A stretch of 64,000 nt of DNA, from contig JANYKG010000119.1 of assembly GCA_025358205.1 (NCBI GenBank), positions 14,233 through 78,232 on the forward strand. The letters are read 5' to 3'. Positions 1-9,951 of this stretch are shown one piece after another. The notes beneath the pieces were generated by a model. That model saw nothing but the letters and a program-made list of their open reading frames with translations, made no database searches and was not told where the DNA came from. The position numbers and the translations under genes were made by a program. Position 1 is the first letter of the stretch; each line of letters begins with the position of its first letter. Origin of the DNA: Armatimonadota bacterium. Its GTDB lineage: Bacteria > Armatimonadota > UBA5829 > DTJY01.

Positions 1-3
1 CGC

Positions 4-360
4 TTAGGCATAACAGAACCTATCCACCTCCATGCCGTCGTAATTGTTCACGCCAGCAGGTAGAGGTCTGATCTTTCTATCGTACTTGCAGCTCTCGATT
101 GCGCCTCTAGCATACGCCAACCGGTCCCATACCTCTTTCGGCGCCGGGAAGTACAAGTTCCCCAAGTTGTTGTTCTCAATGCAAGTTCGTATCTGAACGT
201 CTATCGCGTTCAATACGTGATTGAAAGCTACCTGTGCGGTAGTACCTTCTGCAATCAAGTCGAGCTGAAGGCAGTGTGCCTCCCACTCATTATCAGCTTT
301 CTTCTCTACCAGAACATCAAGATGAAACTTCAGTTCTGTAGATCTGACTTGCCGAGCCAT
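4..360 (-). CDS. HicB-like (UPF0150) antitoxin-domain protein, orphan
   Basis: 118 aa. The motif W-A-C-LDL-AEGTT-QVAF-HVLNAI fits the HicB N-terminal fold pattern. Strong SD (AGGAGGG) 7 nt upstream of the ATG. No hicA-like ORF upstream. Confidence 0.4.
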   Translation of the reverse strand: MARQVRSTELKFHLDVLVEKKADNEWEAHCLQLDLIAEGTTAQVAFNHVLNAIDVQIRTCIENNNLGNLYFPAPKEVWDRLAYARGAIESCKYDRKIRPLPAGVNNYDGMEVDRFCYA

Positions 361-1126
361 TGTGAGACCCTCCTAGTGCGGTGACAGGACTATCAACTGG
401 GTGCTTCTACACGTGTTATTACCCGATCTATTGTCGGCCAGAAACGTGCGCGTCATTAGTCGCTGCAAACTCTCAGTGTAGGCTTTGCAGTAAGCGCGAC
501 CGGCCTTTGACTGGCGCCATGCGCACGGATAGTTCATAGATTCTACAGTACACTCGCTTTTCTGTCAATGCCGACGCAGAAAAACTGGTATTCACACCTG
601 CCGATTTACTATACATTCCGACAGGCGAAATCTCCTCCTATAGCTAATACGCGTGCTTGCCTATCATGGTTCCACTAGATAGGTGATGCTCAGCATCCGC
701 GACCTGGCACCAACTCCACCAGTGGCGATCTGCAGCGCCGTTTGACTGGAGATCCCCGCCGGCGATGATACGCCCTTGCTGGCAGTTCCGACCAGACAGA
801 TCCGCCCTGGCTGGCTTGACACAACAAAGAACAGGGGTTATACTTGGGCTTGGGAGTTATGCAGTCTGGAGATCGTGAGAGAGAGATTACGCCGAAGGCA
901 TAGAGTGTGTCAAGGCAGGAGTGATGCCGTAGACGCCCTTCTTGGGCCCAACGTGTATATCGTATTCCTCTTTCAGCATTCCCTCGTAGCCCCCTGGCGC
1001 TACCAGACAATGTAGACAAACCGATTTTGCGAGTGTGCATCAGAATCCGCACACTCCGCTGCTCCCGAACGGTCGCAACGTTGACCGGGGACGCTCGGGG
1101 GATATTTGTACCAACGAGAATTTCAT

Positions 1127-1202
1127 GGGCCCGTAGCTCAGTTGGCAGAGCAACGCCCTTTTAAGGCGTGGGTCGTGCGTTCGAATCGCACCGGGCTCAC
1201 CA
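1127..1202 (+). tRNA. tRNA-Lys (anticodon UUU), CCA encoded
   Basis: Cloverleaf read by eye: acceptor GGGCCCG/CGGGCTC (one G-U pair), D-arm GCTC/GAGC, anticodon stem ACGCC/GGCGT with loop CTTTTAA, T-arm GTGCG-TTCGAAT-CGCAC, discriminator A then CCA. Confidence 0.9.
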
Positions 1203-1308
1203 TTCTCTTTTCAGTTTCCTTCGCCCCGCTCGATATCGGCGTTCATCTGCGTAAATCGGCGGCTAGTGTGCCAATCCGACTTCCGCAGTCCAAACTCCGC
1301 ACTCCGCA

Positions 1309-2703
1309 CTAGGAAGCGTCCAGCTTGTCCTGTATCCATCGCTTGATGTTCGCCATCGGGATGCGGACCTGCTCCATGGTATCCCGGTCGCGGATGGTGG
1401 CTGCCTGGTCTTCGAGCGAATCGAAGTCCACGGTTATGCACCAGGGCGTCCCGACCTCGTCCTGCCTGCGGTACCGGCGGCCAATGCTTCGCGCCTCATC
1501 GTAGTCCACCGAGAAGCCCTTGCGGAGGTCCTTGTACAGATCCTGCGCGACCGAAGCCAGGTGCTCCTTCTTGGAGAGCGGCAGAACAGCGGCCTTGTAC
1601 GGGGCCAGCCGGGGATGCAGGCGTAGGACGACCTCAGACTCCGCGCCGGCCTCGCCGCGTCCGCCCTCGATCTCCTCGTAGGCATCGCAGAGGAACGCCA
1701 GCAGCCCGCGGTCCACGCCGCCCGACGGCTCGATGACCCACGGGACGAACCGCTCGTTCGTCGCCTCGTCGAAGTAGCTCAGATCCTTGCCGCTGAACTT
1801 GATGTGCTGATTCAGGTCGTAGTCCGCGCGGTTCGCGATTCCCTCAAGCTCGCTCCAGCCGATGGGGAACAGGTACTCGACATCTGAGCAGCCCTTCGCA
1901 TAATGCGCCAGTTCGTCACAGTCGTGCGGTCGAAGCCTCAGGTTCTCCTTCTTGATGCCCAGGTTCACGTACCAGTTGAACCGCTCGTTCAGCCAATACT
2001 CATGCCACTGCTGAGCTTCCTCCGGGCGCGTGAAGAACTCGATCTCCATCTGCTCGAACTCGCGGGTTCGGAAGATGAAGTTGCCTGGCGTGATCTCGTT
2101 TCGGAACGACTTGCCGATCTGCGCGATGCCGAACGGTACCTTCTTGCGGGTTGCCATCTGCACGTTCTTGAAGTTTACGAAGATGCCCTGTGCGGTCTCC
2201 GGGCGGAAATACGTGACCGCCGCGCTCTCCTCCACCGGACCCATATGGGTCTTGAACATGAGGTTGAACTGCTTCATCGGCGTGAGTTCGCCGCCGCAAT
2301 CAGGGCACGCCATCGCCGCCACCGCGAGTTCCAGGCTTTTCAGCTCTTCCGTAGTTCGCGCTGCGCCGTCCTCGTCTTTGGCCATGCTCTCCACCAGGTG
2401 GTCCGCGCGGAACCGGTGCTTGCACTTCTTGCAGTCAACCATCGGGTCGTTGAACGACGATACGTGACCGCTGGCCTCCCAGACCTGCGGGGCCATGAGA
2501 ATAGCGGCATCCAGTCCGACCATGTCATCGCGCTCCTGCACGACGGCCTTCCACCACGCGGCCTTCACGTTGTTCTTCAGCAGAACGCCCACAGGCCCGT
2601 AGTCCCATGTGGAGCCGATGCCCCCGTATATCTCGCTGGACGGGAATATGATTCCGCGCCGCTTGCACAGGTTTACTATGTTTTCCATCTTGTTGTAGGA
2701 CAT
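1309..2703 (-). CDS. glyQS: glycine--tRNA ligase (alpha2 dimeric class II GlyRS)
   Basis: 464 aa. N-terminus [37 protein letters not shown] and class II motifs are characteristic of GlyQS. Promoter-like TTGATG-N18-TATAAT upstream on the minus strand. Confidence 0.93.
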   Translation of the reverse strand: MSYNKMENIVNLCKRRGIIFPSSEIYGGIGSTWDYGPVGVLLKNNVKAAWWKAVVQERDDMVGLDAAILMAPQVWEASGHVSSFNDPMVDCKKCKHRFRADHLVESMAKDEDGAARTTEELKSLELAVAAMACPDCGGELTPMKQFNLMFKTHMGPVEESAAVTYFRPETAQGIFVNFKNVQMATRKKVPFGIAQIGKSFRNEITPGNFIFRTREFEQMEIEFFTRPEEAQQWHEYWLNERFNWYVNLGIKKENLRLRPHDCDELAHYAKGCSDVEYLFPIGWSELEGIANRADYDLNQHIKFSGKDLSYFDEATNERFVPWVIEPSGGVDRGLLAFLCDAYEEIEGGRGEAGAESEVVLRLHPRLAPYKAAVLPLSKKEHLASVAQDLYKDLRKGFSVDYDEARSIGRRYRRQDEVGTPWCITVDFDSLEDQAATIRDRDTMEQVRIPMANIKRWIQDKLDAS

Positions 2704-2866
2704 GATATCTCCTCGGATGCAGACTGTGGACCGCAGACTGCAGACGACAGTCCGGAATCCGATCCGGCTCTGCTGTCCCTGGTCTGTAGTCTCTCGTCTG
2801 TTGTCTTGGTCAGATTATACCTGATTTCGCGCTGGAGCATCAAGGAGCGCTGAAGGCGCGAAACGT

Positions 2867-3421
2867 TCAGTGGTCGGCCTTGCCGATGACGTTTTTCAAA
2901 TCCGCGATGAACTCATCTGCGTTTTCGGGGCTGATCACTACCTTTCGCCTGGCATCTATGAGGACAGACTGCTTGAGGTTGGTCACGGTGGCGTAGAAGC
3001 CGCCGACCTCCCTCTTCCAGAAGTATCCTGTCACGCTGAAAAGACCGCCGATCCCGAAACTGCGGATGGTCAGAAGTGTGAACTTGAAGCGGCGCACGTC
3101 GCGCACGTCGGCAAGCGGGATGACAGTGCTCCCGAACGGCCACCCACGGTTTATCACGATGGCGTTCTCCCTGATCTCGTATGAGTAGCCCTTTACCTGC
3201 CAAGTGAAGAGCACAATCAGTATCAGAAAGCCCGACTCTGCCAGGGATACCACATCGTGATGGCCGATCAGCACCATCATGACCATCAGGAAGAGCGTCC
3301 AAACGGATATTGTCACCCCCAGCGTTATGCCGTCCATCGGCGCAGCACGATAAGTCTTCATAACAGCCTCCAATCGAACCTTCTCTTGAAATGACGATTC
3401 TTCCTTCATTCCCTTACTCAT
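2867..3421 (-). CDS. membrane protein with bacterial PH domain (YdbS/YdbT-like)
   Basis: 184 aa. Two TM helices followed by a soluble PH-like domain. Weak pattern similarity only. Confidence 0.4.
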   Translation of the reverse strand: MSKGMKEESSFQEKVRLEAVMKTYRAAPMDGITLGVTISVWTLFLMVMMVLIGHHDVVSLAESGFLILIVLFTWQVKGYSYEIRENAIVINRGWPFGSTVIPLADVRDVRRFKFTLLTIRSFGIGGLFSVTGYFWKREVGGFYATVTNLKQSVLIDARRKVVISPENADEFIADLKNVIGKADH

Positions 3422-3460
3422 CAGACACGCGAACGGGCAGGCAGTTGCATTGTAGAAACC

Positions 3461-3486
3461 AGTTCACGTATCACTCATCACTCATC
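3461..3486. repeat. GTGATGAGTGA-family element (agttcacgtatcactcatcactcatc), identical 26-mer at 29305-29330
   Basis: Exact 26-bp match between the two loci, read directly. Confidence 0.85.
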
Positions 3487-3564
3487 CTCCCCGAATCGAG
3501 GATCGAGTCCAACATATTTGCTTGCTTGCGCTCTGTGGTTGTGCTAGAATGAGGCACGTTTCCA

Positions 3565-6195
3565 TTGCATGGGATTAGGACGATCAACCCGGCCTTGTCA
3601 ATAGGGCATCACAGAAGTACATCGGGACTGGGAGAGGGGGCATTTGTGAGGAAAACAGCTCTTATCACCCTTGCTGCAGGAGCCAGCTTGGCTGCGATGC
3701 TTATCATCTCAGCGGTTAACAAGCTGCAGGAAACCGCCGTGCAGCCGGATCCTTTCGCCGCAGTCGCGTGGCTTACGGCGGTCATGGCAATTGCCGTCGC
3801 CGTTGTCATGTTTGCCGAGTACTTCATCCACGGCAGGCAGGCGCACCTCTATCTGGGCAGTTCATTCCTTGCTGTCGGCGTGCTTGGCATTTGGGACGCT
3901 CTCACGTTCCCATACAAGGCAGCCTTCCAGGATGCAAGCCATTCTTGGTCCTATCTACTGATCTGGCAGCTCCAATGGCTTACTCTAGGACTGGGCCTGC
4001 TCTACGGCATGGTTCAGGGTAAGAAGTTCAACGCCAAAGATCAAGTCATCAGCCGATCTGCAGTCGCTGCGCTGATAGGCGTCCTGTACGCAGCGGCAGC
4101 CATTTTCGCCATTACCTCATTTGTCAGCCAGGATGCCGCTTCGGCGGACTGGGTTCCCAGCGCGGGGATGATAGTCAGCCTGGTATGCGTCGGCATATTT
4201 GCGGTTGCGCTTGTGGGATACGGGCGCGGGTCGGTCCACAGAAACAACGCCATCATAACCTGGATGGCTTACGGCCTCATCTTTGGCATGCTCGGCCAAC
4301 TCGCCATGGGACTGTCCAGCCAGCCGAGCGCCGCGCTCTTCTGGTTCGCGAACGTGATGAAGATCATCGTGTTCCTTATGCCGCTGCTGGGCATGCTCGC
4401 AGAACACACCCGCCTTCAGGTCCGGCTGCGCGACCAGGCCTATCACATCACCAACATGGTTCAGTCTCAGCAAGCCGTGACCTCGCTGGTAAATCCTGCT
4501 GACCTGTATGCACGTCTGGCCGAGATCGCTCGACAATCGTTCAGCGCCCGTGCGGCGTGCCTGCTTCAGTTTGAGAAAGACCGGGGCCTGCTCAGGGTCT
4601 CCGGCCACTCCGGGCTTGATGAGGATTCGGTTAAGCGACTGATTTTCCGTCCAGGCGAAGGCCCGGTCGGCGACGCGTTTTCGGACAAGCAGATAGTCGT
4701 CGTCCCGGACCTGCTTGAAGACAGGTCAATGGGTCAGCGGCTGGACGGCATGGGCGAGATCACCACCGGCGTGTTTGCGCCGCTTGTCACCAGGGACGAG
4801 AGCAAGGGCGTGCTCGCGCTCTTCTTCTCTGGTCGGCACACCCACAAGCTCGGCAAGGATCAGCTCAGGCTTCTGGACGTTATTGCGACTCAGGCGGCTA
4901 TGGCGGTGGAGGAGAACAACCTGCGCGATCGCATCTCGGACTCCTCGCGCACGTCCGGCGGATATGCCCAGGAACTGGAGATGGTGTGGGAGATCGGCAG
5001 GGCGGTCGGCTCCGAGTTGGACCTGCACACCCTGGTCGCCACGCTTTCGGACAAGCTTAAGGGTGCAGTTGCAGCCACCGAGTGTTCGGTGTTGCTGTTC
5101 GAGCCTGATCTGGTCGGCATGAAGATACTGGGCAACAAGAAGCTTACCCGCTACCACAGCGCCGCAGAGCACGTAGACCAGTGCGATGCGGTGGCCGTCA
5201 CGGTCGCGCGCCGGAACGAGGCCGTCATCGTAAATGATGTGCCGAACAGTTGCCACTGCAAGTTCCCGGAGTTGCAGTGCGAGGACGGCGGGGTTCACCA
5301 TCTGCTGTGCGTGCCCATGAACCTGCGCGGGTTCACGGGGGCCATCAGCGTCTTCCGGCGCAACGGCGATGCATTCGGCGAGGGCGAGAAGCGGCTGCTG
5401 ATGAGGTTGGCGCCGGTGGTTGCGGCGGGGCTTCGGAACGCCGAGCTTTACGAACGGGAAGCTTCCATCGCGCGAAACCTTGAGGAGAGCCTCAGGAGCC
5501 GAGTGGAGCAGGAGTTGACCGGCATCGCGGTCAGCGGCGCATATCAGGCAGCGTGGGATGAGTCGCTGGTCGGCGGCGATTTCTACGATGTGATTGACTT
5601 TGGAAACGGCAAGTACGGAGTGGCTATCGGCGACGTCTCGGGCAAGGGCGTGGAGGCTGCGGTGTACACCGGCATGACCAGGTACATGATTCAAGCCTAC
5701 TCCGCTGATGATATTGACCCGGTGTACGTGGCATCCAAGCTGAACGCAGCCCTTTGCCGCTACACGCCGATTGGGAAATTTGTCACTGTTGTCTACGGCG
5801 TGGTGGACACAGACGCAAAGACGCTCACCTACGTGAACGCGGGTCACGAGACGCCGTTCATCCACCGCAGGGAGACCGGCAAGCTGGATACCCTGGCATC
5901 AACCGGCCCGGCTGCGGGCGCGATTGAAGAAGGCCAGTACACATCTGAGACCGTAGACTTCGGTCACGGTGATACTCTTGTACTGTACACCGATGGGGCG
6001 ACCGAGGCACGGCATGACGGCAAGTTCCTGGGTACGGACGGACTGCAGAAGATGCTCATCGAGCTGGTTCCGAAGCATCCAGACGATCTGCCGGAAGCGC
6101 TGATTGCCGCTATTAAGGCCTACGCGAAGGGCCGCCTGCGCGACGACATTGCGGTGCTGACCGTGACCGCGAAGAAGCCCGGGGCGTTGTTCTAG
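3565..6195 (+). CDS. membrane-anchored GAF-domain PP2C-type serine phosphatase (RsbU/SpoIIE family)
   Basis: 876 aa. N-terminal multi-TM region, central GAF-like regions, and a C-terminal PPM/SpoIIE domain (GDFYDV...GDVSGKG...DGATEA). A GTG at 3646 preceded by a G-rich SD is an alternative start. Confidence 0.8.
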   Translation: MHGIRTINPALSIGHHRSTSGLGEGAFVRKTALITLAAGASLAAMLIISAVNKLQETAVQPDPFAAVAWLTAVMAIAVAVVMFAEYFIHGRQAHLYLGSSFLAVGVLGIWDALTFPYKAAFQDASHSWSYLLIWQLQWLTLGLGLLYGMVQGKKFNAKDQVISRSAVAALIGVLYAAAAIFAITSFVSQDAASADWVPSAGMIVSLVCVGIFAVALVGYGRGSVHRNNAIITWMAYGLIFGMLGQLAMGLSSQPSAALFWFANVMKIIVFLMPLLGMLAEHTRLQVRLRDQAYHITNMVQSQQAVTSLVNPADLYARLAEIARQSFSARAACLLQFEKDRGLLRVSGHSGLDEDSVKRLIFRPGEGPVGDAFSDKQIVVVPDLLEDRSMGQRLDGMGEITTGVFAPLVTRDESKGVLALFFSGRHTHKLGKDQLRLLDVIATQAAMAVEENNLRDRISDSSRTSGGYAQELEMVWEIGRAVGSELDLHTLVATLSDKLKGAVAATECSVLLFEPDLVGMKILGNKKLTRYHSAAEHVDQCDAVAVTVARRNEAVIVNDVPNSCHCKFPELQCEDGGVHHLLCVPMNLRGFTGAISVFRRNGDAFGEGEKRLLMRLAPVVAAGLRNAELYEREASIARNLEESLRSRVEQELTGIAVSGAYQAAWDESLVGGDFYDVIDFGNGKYGVAIGDVSGKGVEAAVYTGMTRYMIQAYSADDIDPVYVASKLNAALCRYTPIGKFVTVVYGVVDTDAKTLTYVNAGHETPFIHRRETGKLDTLASTGPAAGAIEEGQYTSETVDFGHGDTLVLYTDGATEARHDGKFLGTDGLQKMLIELVPKHPDDLPEALIAAIKAYAKGRLRDDIAVLTVTAKKPGALF

Positions 6196-6249
6196 GGAAG
6201 GTGTTTGGTGGTAGGCGCTAGGTGTTAGGGAATACCAGGGGAGGCTGCC

Positions 6250-6663
6250 ATGTGGAAATGTGATAACTGCAACACCGAATTGGAAGACGCCATTGATCCA
6301 TGCTGGAAGTGCGGGACAGGCAAGGACGGAACACCGGCTCAAGACCCGGCGGTCTTTGACCGCAACCGACAGGATGCACTCGAACTGGAAGTGGACCCCG
6401 GTGATGGCGCTCAACTACTTGTCCGTCCGCGTAATTTCTATGATCTTGTAGCCGATGGTCTCTTTGTGGTAGCGGGCATCATCGTAATCGCAACCATCGT
6501 TATGGCCATCGTGGCGGCAGCGCGCAATCACATGTCTGAGTACCTCCTGTCAGGATTGCTCACGCTGATATCCGGGATACCCATCGTTCTTTTAATTGTC
6601 GCGATTGCTGCACTTCTCCGACTAGCCCTGGACATCGAATGGAACACCCGACGCAGGGACTGA
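6250..6663 (+). CDS. zinc-ribbon membrane protein, hypothetical
   Basis: 137 aa. N-terminal CxxC-x12-CxxC (MWKCDNCN...CWKCGTG) and C-terminal TM helices. SD AGGGGAGG 6 nt upstream. Confidence 0.5.
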   Translation: MWKCDNCNTELEDAIDPCWKCGTGKDGTPAQDPAVFDRNRQDALELEVDPGDGAQLLVRPRNFYDLVADGLFVVAGIIVIATIVMAIVAAARNHMSEYLLSGLLTLISGIPIVLLIVAIAALLRLALDIEWNTRRRD

Positions 6664-6676
6664 TTTTCGACTGGCC

Positions 6677-8815
6677 TCAGATTTCGTAGCTGCCACCGGC
6701 CTGCACTCTCACCATCTGGGTGCCGCCATCCGCCATGCGTATGCGCAGCGCTCCTGCTGACCGCTCGGCGGGGCGAACCGTTATGCTCCACTTGTCGCCC
6801 GCCTTCGATACATCCAGCCTGAACCCTGCCCAGTGGAAGTTCGTCACCGGAGCCAGCGGGAGAGTGCCATCGAACGACATCATGTCCACGCCTCGGACGG
6901 TCAGCAGCATGCCCAGCGCCTCGCCTGCCCCAACGTTCGATGAGATCAGCGGGGTGGATACCATGCCCTGGTCCGCGCGCGCCGGATTGCCGGTTTCCAC
7001 GTTGATGCACTCCCAGACGCTCGGCCAGCGCAGGAGCATTCTGAGCGTGCTATCGAGGGCATCGTCCTGCAGGTCCGGGTAGTAGTTCCCAGCGCCGATG
7101 ACGCCCATTGCGCACGACTTCGGCCAGGCTGGTCCACGCCAGTAGTGGTTCGCTTCGTACTCGAACTCGCCGGGCGCGACCGTGTGGATGCCGTATTGCC
7201 CGATCAGCCGGCGGTAGTTTTCCTTAGCCGCCGCTGCCTTCTCCTCGTCCACCAGTCCGTATGCAAACGGGAACAGACCGTCCACGCCGACGCGAGTGTC
7301 CAGTGTGCCGTCCTCGTGCAGAACACCGTACCAGTTGCGCGCCGAATCCCAGAGAATCTCGTCCATCGCCTGTTGGGTCTTCTCTGCCTCCGCGAGCCAG
7401 CGCTCAGTCTCGCCGGTGTCTAGAATCTCGGACATGCGCGCGAGGGACTGCTCGTACCGGCACCGTTCGGCGGCATAGATCGCCGGATAGCAGTAGCTTT
7501 CCTTCACACCGTCCACCCCGTAGGTCACCTTTTCAAAGACCGGTGTGGTGTCCAGCCCGGTATCGAACGATGCGATAACGCCCCAGAGGTGGAGGTTGCG
7601 GAAACACTCATCGCGCGATTTGCAGAGGTAGTCGTAGAAGCGAACGAGCTTCGGGTACCAGGCTTTCAGGCACTCGTAGTCGCCGGTCACGTCCGCATAG
7701 CGCAGGCACACCCACGGGATGTGCGGCGTCTGCGTGATGTTCCGCCTGGACCACCCCGCCCCAAGCACCTCGTCGGAGAGATAGATAGCGTGCGTGATGA
7801 AGCCGTCTTCTCGCTGGTTGTCCATGAACAGGTTCAGCGCCTGACGGATGTGGACCGAAGTGTACTCCGTGTTCTGGTCGGAATGCCACTCAGAGGAGTC
7901 CAGTCCCCAGAGCCAATAGCCTCGGTAAACGGGCAGCGCCTCGCAGACCATATGGCCGAATCGCGGGCTGTCGTAGTAGTTCAGCTTCACGACCCACCAG
8001 CACTTGTAGTACGCCCGACGCTCATCCGGCGAGGCGAAGTCGGCGCTTGGGAGAGTGTGGAACCACGCGTCCCAGCGCTCGCGGATTGGCGTTTCCAGGT
8101 AGGATGTACCGCAGGCCGAACGCGCGGCACCTGGGTCGCCGAACGACAGGCCGATCGAGATCGTTCGTGGATCGTTCCTCTTAAGCGAGAGCTTGAACTC
8201 CAGCACGAGATAGCGGGTCCCGTCAGAGTGTCCAGCTAGGCCGCACGCCTTGATCGCGGCTTCGGCGTCATCCATGGAGTCGAAGGCCCCCCAGGAGTCC
8301 GCCTGCGCGCAGAGAGTGGCGCCGCCAAGGTCAAAGCGCCCTTCGCTTGCCTTCACCTCGCCCAGCCCGCCGGCCGCCCGGAGAGCGACGTAAAGGCTCT
8401 TCTCGCGCCCATGAATCCCCAGGTAGTCAACATCGAGTTGCCAAGTGAACGCGTTCTCCACCGCTCTGCCAAAGCTCTCGCGGATGCTGACGCCGGGTTC
8501 GGAGAAAGCCGCCGTGCGCCGGACGAGATCGGGATAGTATTCCCTCTCGTCCCAGACGAAGGTCGAGCGGGATAGCGGGGTAATGAATCCCGGTCCTGTC
8601 CACGGAGCGATGAACAACTCGAAGGAAGGCGCATCGTCGTAGCTGCTCGAAGTTCGGTCGTCGAAGCTCCAGCCGACTGTCCCGGTGTTCATCGGATAGG
8701 CGTACAGGATGGTGGAATCGCTCGGCTTCAGGGCGACTGCGGTTCTGCGCGGAAGAGAATCATCAAAAGTCTCTCCAAGTGATTCCCAGATGCTCGCGTT
8801 GGAATGTGTGTTCAT
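6677..8815 (-). CDS. (alpha/alpha)6-barrel glycoside hydrolase, GH63/GH37-like (possible mannosyl- or glucosylglycerate hydrolase)
   Basis: About 712 aa. The YWRGPAWP motif resembles the trehalase/GH63 signature. The ORF track start at 8863 overlaps glxK; the internal ATG at 8815 gives an ATGA-type overlap with the glxK stop. Confidence 0.55.
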   Translation of the reverse strand: MNTHSNASIWESLGETFDDSLPRRTAVALKPSDSTILYAYPMNTGTVGWSFDDRTSSSYDDAPSFELFIAPWTGPGFITPLSRSTFVWDEREYYPDLVRRTAAFSEPGVSIRESFGRAVENAFTWQLDVDYLGIHGREKSLYVALRAAGGLGEVKASEGRFDLGGATLCAQADSWGAFDSMDDAEAAIKACGLAGHSDGTRYLVLEFKLSLKRNDPRTISIGLSFGDPGAARSACGTSYLETPIRERWDAWFHTLPSADFASPDERRAYYKCWWVVKLNYYDSPRFGHMVCEALPVYRGYWLWGLDSSEWHSDQNTEYTSVHIRQALNLFMDNQREDGFITHAIYLSDEVLGAGWSRRNITQTPHIPWVCLRYADVTGDYECLKAWYPKLVRFYDYLCKSRDECFRNLHLWGVIASFDTGLDTTPVFEKVTYGVDGVKESYCYPAIYAAERCRYEQSLARMSEILDTGETERWLAEAEKTQQAMDEILWDSARNWYGVLHEDGTLDTRVGVDGLFPFAYGLVDEEKAAAAKENYRRLIGQYGIHTVAPGEFEYEANHYWRGPAWPKSCAMGVIGAGNYYPDLQDDALDSTLRMLLRWPSVWECINVETGNPARADQGMVSTPLISSNVGAGEALGMLLTVRGVDMMSFDGTLPLAPVTNFHWAGFRLDVSKAGDKWSITVRPAERSAGALRIRMADGGTQMVRVQAGGSYEI

Positions 8816-9951
8816 TGTCCGTCTCCTTTGACGATTTGTGCTGCCGCCTTCATTGCGGCGCATGAGAGTAGTTCGGATGCACGGGCGAAGGCCTCGATCA
8901 GCGGTATCGGCTCGGTGACTATCGGCAGCACCGCCACTGCGCCGTGGTTGAGGAGTTCGCGCCCATCGGGTTCGACGCTTCCGGCCAGCGCAAGGACCGG
9001 CACCTCCGCTGATCTCGCCGCGCGAAGCACCCCGTTGATGGTCTTGCCCTGAAGGGTCTGCGCGTCTATCTTGCCCTCGCCTGTGATGACCAGCGATGCG
9101 CCGTTCAAGTGGTCGGCGAAGTGTGTGGCGTCCAGAACGATCTCGATGCCGGACTTCAGACCTGCCCCAAGGAACGCGACCGAGGCCGCACCCAGTCCGC
9201 CCGCCGCGCCCGCACCTGGTAGAAGCTCCACGTCAACGCCGAGGTCTCGCCGAATCACCTCAGCCAGGTTGTGCAGCCCGGCGTCAAGCCCCGCGACCAT
9301 CTGCGGACTCGCGCCCTTCTGCGGGCCGAAAACGGCGGATGCGCCTCGTGCGCCGGTGAGCGGGTTGTCCACATCGCAGGCAACGACGATCTCTGTCTCG
9401 CCGATTCTGGTGTCAAGATTGGAAAGGTCTATCGAGCGGATTCGGGCAAGTTCTCCGCCGCCGAAGCCGACCTCGTTGCCGTCCGTGTCCGTGAAACTTC
9501 CGCCCAGCGCCTGTGCCGCCCCTACTCCGCCGTCGTTGGTCGCACTTCCGCCGATGCCCAAGATCAGCTTCCGGCAGCCGGAGTCGAGTGCGGCTTTGAT
9601 TAACTCGCCTGTTCCGTAGGTGGTTGTGCGCATGGGGTTCCTGAGGTCGTCAGGTACGAGCGGCAGGCCGGACGCAGCGGCCATCTCAACAACCGCAGTC
9701 TCACCGTCGCCCAGGATGCCGAAGAAGGATTCGATCTTGTTTCCGAGCGGATCGGTCGCCTCAGCCGGAACGACACGCCCACCGGTCGCCTTCACCAGCG
9801 CCTCGACCGTGCCCTCACCGCCATCCGCCAGCGGGATGAGCGCCAACTCGGCATCGGGCAGTGCGCGGCGCACCCCGGCGGCGATGGACTCCGCGGCCTG
9901 AGTCGCAGTTAGACTGCCCTTGAAAGAATCCGGTGCGATGATGATTTTCAT
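8812..9951 (-). CDS. glxK: glycerate kinase
   Basis: 379 aa. MKIIIAPDSFKGSLTA...ADGGEGTVEAL is the classic GarK/GlxK N-terminus. Its start overlaps the iolB stop by 4 nt. Confidence 0.85.
   Translation of the reverse strand: MKIIIAPDSFKGSLTATQAAESIAAGVRRALPDAELALIPLADGGEGTVEALVKATGGRVVPAEATDPLGNKIESFFGILGDGETAVVEMAAASGLPLVPDDLRNPMRTTTYGTGELIKAALDSGCRKLILGIGGSATNDGGVGAAQALGGSFTDTDGNEVGFGGGELARIRSIDLSNLDTRIGETEIVVACDVDNPLTGARGASAVFGPQKGASPQMVAGLDAGLHNLAEVIRRDLGVDVELLPGAGAAGGLGAASVAFLGAGLKSGIEIVLDATHFADHLNGASLVITGEGKIDAQTLQGKTINGVLRAARSAEVPVLALAGSVEPDGRELLNHGAVAVLPIVTEPIPLIEAFARASELLSCAAMKAAAQIVKGDGQ

Noticed and set aside
361-560. Search for a hicA toxin partner upstream of the HicB-like gene
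   Set aside because: Only a 28-codon ORF (MTRTFLADNRSGNNTCRSTQLIVLSPH) precedes it. It has no HicA-like dsRBD pattern.
690-1052. Track ORFs 690-1052 (-) and 776-1015 (+) in the gene-free tract before tRNA-Lys
   Set aside because: Arg-rich, low-complexity translations with no RBS. They overlap each other on opposite strands, which is typical of GC-rich non-coding shadow ORFs.
2704-2866. T-box-like UGUGGACCGCAG in the glyQS upstream region
   Set aside because: The match to the T-box core (GGUGGNACCGCG) is on the plus strand, while glyQS is transcribed from the minus strand. No specifier or antiterminator structure was found.
4726-5865. Long antisense track ORFs inside large genes (4726-5865, 40699-41736, 47303-48385, 48605-49909, 50315-51172, 55454-56230, 56816-58042)
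   Set aside because: They lie fully antisense to well-supported genes (PP2C phosphatase, DUF4838 hydrolase, dnaE and others). They have Arg/His-rich compositions, no RBS and no motifs. Such shadow ORFs are expected in a roughly 60% GC genome.
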